64,000 bases of DNA. Source: a virus (taxonomy: Duplodnaviria > Caudoviricetes). Positions 8,357 through 18,280 of this stretch are shown here, piece after piece; the stretch's first letter is position 1; each line of letters opens with the position of its first letter. The stretch spans positions 96,001 through 160,000 of IMG/VR virus record IMGVR_UViG_3300042013_000067. One strand, written 5' to 3'. The notes under the pieces are model-generated. The model did not search any database, had not been told where the DNA came from, and saw nothing but the letters and a program-made list of their open reading frames with translations. Position numbers and translations under genes: made by a program.

Positions 8357-11140
8357 GTGGACGCACGCTACCCACGCATCCAGGCTAAAACGCCACTAGG
8401 GGATGCTAACCGTTCGGTGTTGAGCAAGTTGGTCCGGGATACTAATACTCCCGGTGTGAGCAATACCAACCGACATTACATTCTTACTGACCCGCTGAGC
8501 ATGAACCGGATTTCCCGGAACACTGCGCAGAACGTGGTCGACTCCGAAGCGATCATGCAGGTGCTGCCAGAAATGGAGCACGTGATTCAGATCATCGTAG
8601 GTACGGTGCTGAATCCGAAGGACATGTCCAACACGGAACTCAACATCTCTATTGAGGACAACAGCTTCAATAGCGAGATGAACCGTGTACTCCTTGAGGT
8701 GGTCAGCGACTACTTTAAGAAGGACTATAAGATGGGTGATCGTCTGGAGAAAGTTTTGGAGGATATTGTTGCCCGAAAAGGCGCGTATATCCAAGCCATT
8801 CTTCCAGAGAACGCACTTGATCTGATCATCAACGGCGAGCGTAAAATCTCGGCTGAAGAGTTCGGTAGTGCGGTCCGTCGTTTCGAACAAGGGCGACCAC
8901 TGGGCTTGCTCGGTGTAGCAGATCTACCGGAGGCTTTGAAGAAGTCACACCACGTAGAATCGGTGTCGATCGAAAACTTCGGTCCGGAAGAACAGAAGGT
9001 GCTGCAGACGGTTGGTTTCACCGGCAACAACGTGACCGTCAGTGATAACTTCCACCTGCTCAAAACACGTACCCACAGTAAACAACGTCAGCGCATGGTG
9101 GTAAACCAACTCATCCGTCGGGAATCGGTGTCGCTGGAAGAACACCGCGGCATGCAATCCGGTCTCACGCCGGATCAAGTCGAGGAACTCTATCGTCGTC
9201 AATCGGGTGGTCAGTATCAGCAGACCATCATCATCGAGAAACCGGAGTTCATGGAGCGTCCTTCTGTGGGGCATCCACTGGTGCTGGATCTCGATCCAGC
9301 TGCGGTAGTGCCGGTGTTCCCACCAGGACGTCCGTATGAACAAGTGGGTTGCTTCGTACTGATCGACCTGTATGGTCGTCCAGTCTCAACTGACTACTCC
9401 TCGGACTACTACAACGACCTGCGTCAAGACTTCGACAAGCGTTATGGCCAGACTGACAATACGTCGGAACTGCTGCGCATCACCCGTGAAGCATTGGGCG
9501 GTGGTGATGGTCAGAACAAATACGAAATCGAGCAGATCCACCAGTCCTACAGCTCGATTGTTGAAGCGGACCTGAAGAAGCGTCTGGTCAACGGTGCGTA
9601 TCGTGAAGAGTTCGAACTGGGCTTCTCCGAAGAAATCAAACGCATCATGTTCAGCCGTCACTTGAAGCAGCAGAACACCCGACTGATTTACGTGCCTGGT
9701 GAGCTGATGGTTTACGCGGCATTCTACTACGACCAAAACGGTGTGGGTCAATCCATGCTGGCGCGCTCCAAGATCTTGGCTAACATGCGCTCTGTGCTGC
9801 TGTTCGCTGAAACCATGGCTGGCGTACGTAACGCGGTAGGCCGTAAGAAAGTTAACATCAACCTAGATCCTAACGATCCGGACAAAACTGCTACCGTGTC
9901 TGACATGCAGCAGTTGATCTTGGAATCGGGTCGCCGTGGCTTCCCTATTGGGGCACCAGATCCAGGCCAGATCCTCGACTACTTGAACCGTGCTGGTTAT
10001 GACTTCAGTATCAATGCCAACGGCGCTGAAGACTACCACCAAATGTCGGTCGACTACGACGACTACAACACCAACATTCAAGCCGGTAACCCAGAGCTGC
10101 AAGAGCGTCTGCGCAAGATGCACATCTCCAGCATGGCCGTACCGCCTGAGAAAGCAGACCCGGAGAACGGGGCTGAGTTCGCTACCAGTATCGTGCACAA
10201 CGACCTGTTGTTTGCTCGTCGTGTGAAGTCGATGCAAAAGGCGTTTACCGACAGCTTGACCAAATTCGTACGAGTCTACACCCTTAACTCCTCGGTCCTC
10301 GTTAACAAACTGTTAGCCTGTATCAAGGATAACCCGGAAGCCATCCCTGCTGAGTATAACCAGCGTCCGGGTATCGAGATGGTGGAAGACTTTATCAACG
10401 CACTGCTGGTCAAACTACCTGAACCAGACACCAGTCGTACCCAACTGATGTTGGACATGATGGAGCAACATAGTCAGTTGCTCGACAAAGTCCTCGAAGC
10501 TTACATCACTACCGAACTGTTCCCCGAGGAATACATGGTCAAAGGTGGTTCTGTGGAGAAAGCCATTGCGGCGATCAAAGCACACTTCATGCGACTGTTC
10601 ATCCACGACAACAATATCCTCCCTGCGGTGGGTGTGTTGTACGAGATGGAAGAAGGCAAGCCGGTATTCAGTCTGCTCGATGGCCAGAACTTGGCTTTCG
10701 AATCGCTGGGTACAACTATCCAAGAGTACATCAGTCATCTGGAAGTCACCCGTAAGCAATGGTCGGAGAAATTCGTTAACCAGTCTGCGGGTATGGACGG
10801 TGGCATGGGTGGCGACACCAGCGGTGACTTCGGTGGTGGGGATGACTCCTTCGGTGGCGGTATGGACGATACCTCCTTCGGTGGCGGAGGTGACGACTCC
10901 TTTGGCGGTGATGATACCGCGTTCGGGGGCGACAATAACAACGGTGGCATCGACGATGCGCCACCGGAAGACTCCGCTAACCTAACGGGTGAAGAACCTC
11001 CACTCGACGATACAAACCAATCTAACGCTGACGATACTTCTGTGGAACCTGCCGACACGAACGAACCTGAACCACCGATAGAAATCGATGAGAACGGTAA
11101 GAAAGTTGAGGACGAGGAAGAAGAGGACGAGCAGAAGTAG
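8357..11140 (+). CDS. Portal protein (phiKZ gp129-like) with acidic Gly/Asp-rich C-terminal tail
   Basis: 927 aa, GTG start with GAGG SD; synteny; several SxE protease-type sites (VSIE, VSLE). Confidence 0.75.
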   Translation: MDARYPRIQAKTPLGDANRSVLSKLVRDTNTPGVSNTNRHYILTDPLSMNRISRNTAQNVVDSEAIMQVLPEMEHVIQIIVGTVLNPKDMSNTELNISIEDNSFNSEMNRVLLEVVSDYFKKDYKMGDRLEKVLEDIVARKGAYIQAILPENALDLIINGERKISAEEFGSAVRRFEQGRPLGLLGVADLPEALKKSHHVESVSIENFGPEEQKVLQTVGFTGNNVTVSDNFHLLKTRTHSKQRQRMVVNQLIRRESVSLEEHRGMQSGLTPDQVEELYRRQSGGQYQQTIIIEKPEFMERPSVGHPLVLDLDPAAVVPVFPPGRPYEQVGCFVLIDLYGRPVSTDYSSDYYNDLRQDFDKRYGQTDNTSELLRITREALGGGDGQNKYEIEQIHQSYSSIVEADLKKRLVNGAYREEFELGFSEEIKRIMFSRHLKQQNTRLIYVPGELMVYAAFYYDQNGVGQSMLARSKILANMRSVLLFAETMAGVRNAVGRKKVNINLDPNDPDKTATVSDMQQLILESGRRGFPIGAPDPGQILDYLNRAGYDFSINANGAEDYHQMSVDYDDYNTNIQAGNPELQERLRKMHISSMAVPPEKADPENGAEFATSIVHNDLLFARRVKSMQKAFTDSLTKFVRVYTLNSSVLVNKLLACIKDNPEAIPAEYNQRPGIEMVEDFINALLVKLPEPDTSRTQLMLDMMEQHSQLLDKVLEAYITTELFPEEYMVKGGSVEKAIAAIKAHFMRLFIHDNNILPAVGVLYEMEEGKPVFSLLDGQNLAFESLGTTIQEYISHLEVTRKQWSEKFVNQSAGMDGGMGGDTSGDFGGGDDSFGGGMDDTSFGGGGDDSFGGDDTAFGGDNNNGGIDDAPPEDSANLTGEEPPLDDTNQSNADDTSVEPADTNEPEPPIEIDENGKKVEDEEEEDEQK

Positions 11141-11144
11141 TAAA

Positions 11145-11185
11145 CGGACATAGGCCCCTCCCGCGGTGGGAGGGGCTTTATGCCG
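11145..11185. terminator. Palindromic intergenic element
   Basis: CGGACATAGGCCCCTCCC GCGGT GGGAGGGGCTTTATGCCG between convergent genes. Confidence 0.75.
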
Positions 11186-11203
11186 TCTAGAAGACTAACC
11201 GAC

Positions 11204-11851
11204 CTATGCCATCAGCGTAGTTGGGATTGTAGGTAGACCGGCGATGGTGGTAGCCGCCTCGATCTGATCCTTCAGTGCCCAGCTGGCTGCGTACACTTGC
11301 GTCCCAGCCACCAGTGCGGCATCGCACATAGCCAACAGTTCAGTGGGGGTCAGTGGATAGCCGATGTTTTCGGTGCTGCGGAACATCGTCGACATGGTTA
11401 GGTTGTTGGCGATCAAGTACTGGGCCTGTCCTTTCAACAGCAACAGGTTTACTCGATCTTCAGGACGAAGTTGAACCCCAAATACTGTCTCTGGGGTGAG
11501 TTCGTAGATGAAGCCGTCAGCGAGATCCTTCTCACGAATAGCCAAGACTTGATCCGCCAACTCACGTTTCTTATCATTCAACTGCGCTTCTAATTCAAGT
11601 GCGGTGAATGAACGGGTGATCCACGTTTGATAGTAAGCACCAGCCGTCAAAACGGGGGCGCCTTCAGTGACCACATCACCCGCTGGTTTAGTGGTCGGAT
11701 TTACTGCAGCGAAGCCGAACTCAGCGATGCAGTCTTCATCCGGGGTCTCCGGGAAGCTGACCGTCGGGTTGGCTTGGCGCACGTGTTGGAAGTACATCGG
11801 GTATTCGCCGGTGTCGACCTTAAGGAGCGAGGTGCTTGCGTTGATTTCCAT
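11204..11851 (-). CDS. Tail fibre assembly chaperone-like protein (DUF4376-like C-terminus)
   Basis: N-terminal YP....VRQANP.VSFP.......EFGF..V signature and a C-terminal helical domain; directly downstream of the fibre gene. Confidence 0.7.
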   Translation of the reverse strand: MEINASTSLLKVDTGEYPMYFQHVRQANPTVSFPETPDEDCIAEFGFAAVNPTTKPAGDVVTEGAPVLTAGAYYQTWITRSFTALELEAQLNDKKRELADQVLAIREKDLADGFIYELTPETVFGVQLRPEDRVNLLLLKGQAQYLIANNLTMSTMFRSTENIGYPLTPTELLAMCDAALVAGTQVYAASWALKDQIEAATTIAGLPTIPTTLMA

Positions 11852-11896
11852 GGTGTTCTCTTAAATGAGGTAAGGGGCCCGTAGGCCCCCTACAGG

Positions 11897-14881
11897 TTAC
11901 GCCGTAGCGCCGACCGAACCAACCCACTGCGTACCGTCCCAGAACAGGACAACTACGGTGAAGGTGGCACCCAAGGTAGGAGCTGTACCACCGCTCCAGA
12001 TAATGCCAGCAGGCCATGTGATTTGAGCAGCGTTACCTGCAACCTTAACCACCACAGTCATGGCCAAGTTAGCACCAGGGGCGTTAGCGAAGGCCAGCGT
12101 GCGTGCTACCGATGCCGACACAGTGAACACCTGTTGTACAGCGAGGTCCAATGTGGCGGTCGATGCCGCTACTTTCAGGGTGTAGCGATCGAAGGTATTT
12201 TCAACCCACTGTCCGTTACGACGAGTATACTTCTTATCGTCCGATGGCGCGTCCGCGGTGATAGGGAAGACAATCTCAGCCCAAGCACCGTTAATACGAC
12301 CGTGTAACTTACCATCGCTAGGGGCCTCACCTACAGCCACAACGAGCTCAGCCCAGTCACCGTTGATACGGATGTACTTCTTACCGTCCACCGGCGCTTC
12401 CAGTACATCGAGGACTTTCCACACGCCATTGAGACGGGTGTATTCCTGATCGTCCAGCGGTGCATCGTAGACGTTACCACCACCCAGATAACCCAGTGGT
12501 GCCCAGAGGACATCCGTGGTCTTCTTGAAGTACTGCAACGTGGCGCTGTTGAGGAAGTAGTCATTACGACGACCATCAAGCGCTTGAGGATCACGACCCA
12601 ACACCACCCAGAGCGTACCGGTATCACCCTTATCGCCCTTGTCACCCTTCTGGCCGATACCGATGTCGCCTTGGTCACCCTTATCGCCCTTGTCCCCTTT
12701 AGGGCCTTGGATAGCCCCGAGGTCTTCGTACGCTGTACCTGTCCAACCCCAGAAGTTCAGGCCGATCATGTAACCTTCGCCCAGTGTACCAGTACCAGGC
12801 AATTCAGACGTGTTGGCGAACTTACCGAGGATAGTAATGCCAGGACCCATCGGACCTTCAGAACCGACTGGACCACGGACGTTGCCCATGAATACAAAGG
12901 CGGTGCCGTTATGGCTGTAGATGTCACCAGTGCCCACGATGTAGGTATCACCATCCTGCGGGTCTACCAAACCATCCAATTCTGGCTGGGTGGCTAAGTA
13001 GCCTTTTGGAGTGAACGCTGCACCGGTTTCGCCCTGATCCCCTTTATCACCCTTATCGCCTTTAAGCGATGCAATGAAACTGGGCAGGTCGGTAATGGCA
13101 GGATCGTTTTCCATGGCCACAGCCAAGGCCGATTTACCATCAGGACCGATAGGGCCAGTCAGGTCACCTGCGTCGTACCAGATGGTGCCGTTCCAGATGT
13201 GCATGTTGTTTTGCGCACCGTTGGGTACGATGTAGGCATCACCCACCACTTGGCCTGTGATAGCAGCCAAAGCAGTCAGGTCAGCGAGATCACCCAGGAC
13301 AGTTAGGTTACGCCCCGCATCACCTTTAAGCGAAGCCAGCCATGCCGTCACATCACCTACGAAGCCATCAGTGATGGCCACGATGTAGGCGCTATCGCCT
13401 GGATCACCTTTATCGCCGTCATCACCCTTGTCGCCCTTCAGGCCTTTAAGGGTAGCCAGCCATTCGGTAATGGTACCCACGAAGCCTTCGTCCAGAGCCA
13501 GCTGATAAGCCGATTTACCGGTCTCACCTACGAACTCACCGAGGTCGTTCCAAACGGCACCGAACCAACTGTAGAGACGAGTACCAACCACGTAGCTATC
13601 GTAGTCAGCATCACCGGTAGCCGGTAGCTCACCAACGGTTGCCACTACTCCGACAACCTTCAGTCCAGTACCTTGCTCGCCCGTGTCACCACGCAGGCCA
13701 CGTGGACCCTCCTCGCCCTGCAGGCTAACCATGAACGCCGCTTCGTCACCAACGCCACCCAGTTGTTGCCACAGTTCGTAAGCGGACGTGCCGGTGTCGC
13801 CTTTAAGCGAAGCCAGCCACTCGGTACGAGTACCGACAAAGCCATCAGCGATGGCTACGAGGTAGGCGTTATCCCCGTCATTACCCGTGTCGCCTTTATC
13901 ACCCTTGTCCCCTTTATCGCCTTTGAGACCCTGTGGACCAACGATGTTGCCAGCGTCGAACCATTCAGTGCCTTCCCAGACGTACAGGTTGGTGCCGATC
14001 AGGTAACCGTCGGAGATAGTAGCACCCGCAGGCAAGTCACCTACAGTCGCTACGGCACCACGCAGGATCACGACCGCAGCAGAACTACCTGTGTCACCCT
14101 TATCGCCTTTATCACCCGTCAGACCGATGTCACCCTTGAGTCCTTTGATGGACTCCAGCCACTGGGTACGGTTACCGGCGAACCCTTGATCGACGGCGAT
14201 CTGATAAGCGTCCTTACCACGCAGACTCGTTAGCCACTGGGTGGTAGTACCCACGTAGCCGAACTGCACGGCGAGTTGGTAAGCGGACTTACCATCTGGA
14301 CCGACTTGACCCACTGGGGACCAAGTGACGGTGTCCCACACCCACATCACGTTCTGGATGATGTACGTGTCGCCTGACAGGTTGTCGGCCATTGGCAGAA
14401 AATCTGTCGATGGAAAGCTACCGAGAATCCGCAGACCAATACCATCGATACCTTTCGGCCCAGATACATCACCGCCGTCAACCCAGGTACCTTCAACCAC
14501 AACCCAGATGTGCTTCTCGATGAACCACGCATCACCGTTAGGCAGCGCACTGGCGTCAGGCAGTAGCTCTACACTACCCAGCTGACCCTTAACATTCAAG
14601 ATGCCGACACCACCAACATCGCCTTTGTCGCCCTTATCGCCTTTAAGCGAAATCAGGTATTCAACCAAGGTACCCACAAAACCATTGTCTTTGGCCAATT
14701 GGTAGGCATCTTTACCCGCAATACCACCCAGACCTGCTTCGGCAGGATCGACGAACTCTACCGTCAGACCCACACCCGTGGTGAGTGCGATGAGCCCCGG
14801 CGTTACCGTCGTTGGGTCCATCTGGGAAGAGACTCGACGGGGTAGCTCGTCATTGACAAACACCTCGAAAGGAGTAGGCAT
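11897..14881 (-). CDS. Collagen-like tail/head fibre protein with repeat modules, four foldon-like repeats and a C-terminal beta domain
   Basis: Many Gly-X-Y tracts (GDKGDKGD), 8 SAYxxAxxxGFxGTxxEWLxSLKG modules, 7 GDxYxI..VWxGxxWxDxG modules, 4 (E/D)APxDxxxYxRxNGxW repeats. Confidence 0.9.
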   Translation of the reverse strand: MPTPFEVFVNDELPRRVSSQMDPTTVTPGLIALTTGVGLTVEFVDPAEAGLGGIAGKDAYQLAKDNGFVGTLVEYLISLKGDKGDKGDVGGVGILNVKGQLGSVELLPDASALPNGDAWFIEKHIWVVVEGTWVDGGDVSGPKGIDGIGLRILGSFPSTDFLPMADNLSGDTYIIQNVMWVWDTVTWSPVGQVGPDGKSAYQLAVQFGYVGTTTQWLTSLRGKDAYQIAVDQGFAGNRTQWLESIKGLKGDIGLTGDKGDKGDTGSSAAVVILRGAVATVGDLPAGATISDGYLIGTNLYVWEGTEWFDAGNIVGPQGLKGDKGDKGDKGDTGNDGDNAYLVAIADGFVGTRTEWLASLKGDTGTSAYELWQQLGGVGDEAAFMVSLQGEEGPRGLRGDTGEQGTGLKVVGVVATVGELPATGDADYDSYVVGTRLYSWFGAVWNDLGEFVGETGKSAYQLALDEGFVGTITEWLATLKGLKGDKGDDGDKGDPGDSAYIVAITDGFVGDVTAWLASLKGDAGRNLTVLGDLADLTALAAITGQVVGDAYIVPNGAQNNMHIWNGTIWYDAGDLTGPIGPDGKSALAVAMENDPAITDLPSFIASLKGDKGDKGDQGETGAAFTPKGYLATQPELDGLVDPQDGDTYIVGTGDIYSHNGTAFVFMGNVRGPVGSEGPMGPGITILGKFANTSELPGTGTLGEGYMIGLNFWGWTGTAYEDLGAIQGPKGDKGDKGDQGDIGIGQKGDKGDKGDTGTLWVVLGRDPQALDGRRNDYFLNSATLQYFKKTTDVLWAPLGYLGGGNVYDAPLDDQEYTRLNGVWKVLDVLEAPVDGKKYIRINGDWAELVVAVGEAPSDGKLHGRINGAWAEIVFPITADAPSDDKKYTRRNGQWVENTFDRYTLKVAASTATLDLAVQQVFTVSASVARTLAFANAPGANLAMTVVVKVAGNAAQITWPAGIIWSGGTAPTLGATFTVVVLFWDGTQWVGSVGATA

Positions 14882-14931
14882 TTACGTATCCTCTTAAATT
14901 GGCCACGGTGTGACGTGGCCATACTTCGAAA

Positions 14932-16644
14932 TTAAATCGCTTCTTCCAGCTCGATTTGTAGTAGACCGCCGGTGTTGGACGAGGCGTTTGCGTTGTCGCA
15001 GTTGTACCAAGTGTTGCTCGTCAACACGGTATAGCGGTTGGTAGCGGGTGTTTGATCCGCTTGATAGGTGTAGTTCAAGCTGCCGGTAGCACCCTTAGAA
15101 AGGTTAGTACAACGCAACTTGGCAGTGTTAACCACCAGCGTACCGATTGCCGCCTGACGGTTCGGGTAAGCTGGGATGGTCAGGGTACGGAATACGAAAC
15201 CACCAAGTACGTAATCGGCATTGCCTTGGATCGCATTCTGAATACGTCCAGAAATAGATTTAGCCACGAGGCTGTTGAAAGTAAAGGTGCCCTTGTCATC
15301 ATCGTCGTGTACGGTCAGAGCACGGGTCCAGACCTTACGGGCGATGTCAGCTGTCCAGCTGTCTTTCCATGTGCCTTCCGGGGCATTCAACGTCGGGGCT
15401 TCGATCAGCGCTTGGCTGGACGTTAGCGTGATCACGTGGTCTTGAGCCACAGTGCCGTTGTTACCACCAGAACGCAGACGAGCGGCTGGAGTCGACAATG
15501 TAACCAGTGGTGTAACCGATGCGATCTTGATTACAGCGGTAGCCGTGGTCGATGCACCGTTAGCCGTACGACGTGCCACCAGACTGAAGTTGGTAGTTGA
15601 GTCGTTGTACGCACCACTGGCATGGGTCACCTGCTTCGATGTTTCGTAGGTAGTCGGGTTAGCGATAGCCAGTTGACCACCCGGTGAAGAGTACGTGTAA
15701 CCATTGGCATTGGTTACGAGGTGAATTAACGTCGCTTGATCCCCAATGTCCAACGCTTCTTTATCCAAGGGATAAACGATGCTACCCAAGGTAATGGTTG
15801 GGAACAGGTTGTTTGCCTTGACGTAAGACACACCATCCGCTTGTGTCCCTTGTGCGGCGGTGTTGTACCACGGCGACCACGTCCCAGTGGCTTTCTGCAC
15901 ACGGACTTGGAAGCCCAAGTTTTGTGTGACGGTACCGCGATCAGCGACGACGCACGCTGGGATGGTGTGCATGATGCCTGGTGTCAAGCTACCGGTCTTA
16001 GCGATCAGTGCCCCAGCGTCTTTGATCTCATACGCGACCACAGGGCTATCAGCGGTAACCTGAATCGACAGTACGTCACCCGCTTTAACTTCGGTCTGAC
16101 CAGCTGGGTAACCGCCAGTGAACGATGCCGTATCGATGGTTGGTACGGAGTCCATGGCTACGGTCACTTGACCACTACCACCGTCACCATGTGTCGCCAC
16201 AACGGTGTACGGGGCCGTACCAAGCTCTGTGAGGTCAAGGCTTGCTGTGCCACGGAACAACACACCCTCGGCCGTTACACGCGCCATGGTGACGGCTACA
16301 AGGCCGTTGAGCATGACTACCGGTGTAAAGCTGCTAAGCCCTGCGATTGCTTCTACAGTAACCTGCACCAAAGTGGTCGAGGTGGAGCAGGTTACTAGGG
16401 TATGGCCATCACCCGTCTTGACTTTATTACCGACGTTGTCGATGGGGTTTGCCGGTACGATATCGACGATGTAGACACAACCGGCATCACCGGATTGTCC
16501 ACCACCAAGTGATTCAGCAGCAATACGTTTGTTGTCGAAACCAGTTCCGCTTACCTTAGGAACAATGATTTCTATAAACTCACCACCAGTCAGTTCGTCG
16601 TGTACGGGTAACGCGGAAATTTTGCCTTCGTCTTCAGCAGCCAT
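14932..16644 (-). CDS. Putative virion structural protein with Ig/FnIII-like beta-rich domains
   Basis: Start set at ATG 16644 (AAGG SD); Thr/Val/Gly-rich beta-strand pattern; N-terminal KISALP..ELTGGE.IEI motif seen in phage fibre proteins. Confidence 0.7.
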   Translation of the reverse strand: MAAEDEGKISALPVHDELTGGEFIEIIVPKVSGTGFDNKRIAAESLGGGQSGDAGCVYIVDIVPANPIDNVGNKVKTGDGHTLVTCSTSTTLVQVTVEAIAGLSSFTPVVMLNGLVAVTMARVTAEGVLFRGTASLDLTELGTAPYTVVATHGDGGSGQVTVAMDSVPTIDTASFTGGYPAGQTEVKAGDVLSIQVTADSPVVAYEIKDAGALIAKTGSLTPGIMHTIPACVVADRGTVTQNLGFQVRVQKATGTWSPWYNTAAQGTQADGVSYVKANNLFPTITLGSIVYPLDKEALDIGDQATLIHLVTNANGYTYSSPGGQLAIANPTTYETSKQVTHASGAYNDSTTNFSLVARRTANGASTTATAVIKIASVTPLVTLSTPAARLRSGGNNGTVAQDHVITLTSSQALIEAPTLNAPEGTWKDSWTADIARKVWTRALTVHDDDDKGTFTFNSLVAKSISGRIQNAIQGNADYVLGGFVFRTLTIPAYPNRQAAIGTLVVNTAKLRCTNLSKGATGSLNYTYQADQTPATNRYTVLTSNTWYNCDNANASSNTGGLLQIELEEAI

Positions 16645-16809
16645 GATTGTACCTTTTTGGCTATGTGGGGTTGCGGTTTCCTGGTGAGCCCGATGTGATA
16701 ATCGGTCGTATGCTCCATTCACGAAATATAAAAATTCGTCACATAGATAAAAGTATTTTTATTCGGACGGCATAAAGCCGGGGGCGTAAACCCCCGGCTG
16801 CATTGCCTT

Positions 16810-17655
16810 TTACACGTATGACGAGTACTGTTTGTATGCCGCCGACAGTTTAGTGTCGTAGTGGTTTTCCTTATAAGACGCACCGTTATACAACCGTGCG
16901 ACCTCAGCCCAGTTCAAGGCTTTAAGTGCATTCCAAAGACCTTTCTGGCTTTTAATGAAACGCACGAAGCATTCAAGTTGATTCGCCTCGGACACCGAGG
17001 CAAACTTCACATAGTCCTGGACTGAGTCAAAACCCAGGAGTTGCCAGTGGAAACCCATAATCTGGTAAGCACCCCAAGAGGCAGATTCCAGAGCGGCGTC
17101 CTTGCTAATCTTCATGGCATTTTCCAAACGTTGCCATTCCTTATCCCCGCCCAAATAGCCACCGCGAGCCTTGTTCACCAGCCCTGGGTTTTCACGCATC
17201 GCACGATCAGGGTCTATGCCATAGTCCTTGAGCTCACGATACATGATGTGGCGTTCGTACAGAATGGCCACTTTACCGCTAGCTAAGAAACCAGTACCTT
17301 TGGATTCGACATCATTGACAGCCATGATTGCAGCTGTCGGAACCCCAAGGGATTTCGCTGCATTAGCGAGATCGTCTTGGCAAAGGTACTTGTGCGACTT
17401 CTCTGCTGAACACAGGAGACCCATTGTTTTAGGTCCGACCTTACCATCGACGACCAGATTACTGGCCTTCTGAAAGGCAACGACGGCGTCATATGTCCTT
17501 TGACCGAAATCACCATCGGGGGTACCGATGGCGTAGCCGGCATTCATCAAGTGCTTTTGCAGATCGATTACAGCCGGCCCTGAGTCTCCACGCTTCAGGA
17601 CTACATCTTTGAGAAACGTTGCACGGTGTTCGACGCCAAGCGCTTCGGTGGTCAT
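16810..17655 (-). CDS. Modular endolysin: N-terminal PG_binding_1 domain plus DUF3380-type N-acetylmuramidase
   Basis: LKRGDSG.AV..LQ..L...GY.....DGDFG..T..AV..FQ....L.VDG.VG..T (PG-binding); VES.G.GF, ILYERH, ESASWG.YQIMGFH, W.E.AR.YNG..Y..N.YD.KL (DUF3380). Confidence 0.9.
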   Translation of the reverse strand: MTTEALGVEHRATFLKDVVLKRGDSGPAVIDLQKHLMNAGYAIGTPDGDFGQRTYDAVVAFQKASNLVVDGKVGPKTMGLLCSAEKSHKYLCQDDLANAAKSLGVPTAAIMAVNDVESKGTGFLASGKVAILYERHIMYRELKDYGIDPDRAMRENPGLVNKARGGYLGGDKEWQRLENAMKISKDAALESASWGAYQIMGFHWQLLGFDSVQDYVKFASVSEANQLECFVRFIKSQKGLWNALKALNWAEVARLYNGASYKENHYDTKLSAAYKQYSSYV

Positions 17656-17673
17656 CTTTAGCTTCCTTCTGTT

Positions 17674-18222
17674 TTAGTCCTCCAACCGGCGCGGTGATCC
17701 ATCTTCCAACAGGCGCACAGTGCCGTCTTCTAAAAGACGGAGTCCGAGCTCGTCCGGAGTAGTGTTGACATAGATCGGTACGTATCCGTAGTATGCATAG
17801 CTGTTTGGCAGCATATACATGGTCCAGACCGACACCGTATTTGTAGTTAGGGGTTTATGGGACACCGCCACGTCATCGTGGCTCAAGTGCATGTTGAACT
17901 GACGGTTGATCTCATCGACGATTTTAGCCGTCGTGATCTCACCTACCAGGCTGATCCGAACATACGGTTCGCCATCGAGCGTATACTCGCGCAACACTTG
18001 GTTGATATCCAGACGACGCCAAACAAACCAACGTTTCTTACCCGTCAGCAGGTTCGTCATCTCGATATAGCTTCGACCCGGTTCTTCCTCAGTAGGGGAG
18101 AAGAAGAAATCACCGAAGACTAAGAAATCGGGGTTAATTTCTTCATCGGGACGGTCCCGACGAATCAGTTCGATAAATGCCTCGAACGAGGGCAGGTCGT
18201 AGGGAAATCTTAACTCAGCCAC
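17674..18222 (-). CDS. Putative virion protein (DUF7941-like) ending in LLEDG repeats
   Basis: 182 aa; KIVDEINRQFNMHLSHDDV motif; C-terminal RLLEDGTVRLLEDGSPRRLED. Confidence 0.7.
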   Translation of the reverse strand: MAELRFPYDLPSFEAFIELIRRDRPDEEINPDFLVFGDFFFSPTEEEPGRSYIEMTNLLTGKKRWFVWRRLDINQVLREYTLDGEPYVRISLVGEITTAKIVDEINRQFNMHLSHDDVAVSHKPLTTNTVSVWTMYMLPNSYAYYGYVPIYVNTTPDELGLRLLEDGTVRLLEDGSPRRLED

Positions 18223-18280
18223 GGATGGGTTCCTCGCCTAAAGATAATGGCACATAGCATGAGGCGGCAAAAACCCCCGC

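Noticed and set aside
12620-14650. CCCTTATCGCC-type DNA repeats as VNTR or DGR template/variable repeats
   Set aside because: They encode Gly-Asp-Lys collagen. No adenine-specific mismatch pair or reverse transcriptase was seen.
16810-17655. Endolysin as a phiKZ gp144-type lytic transglycosylase
   Set aside because: Catalytic motifs (ILYERH, ESASWGxYQIMGFH) match the DUF3380 muramidase family instead.
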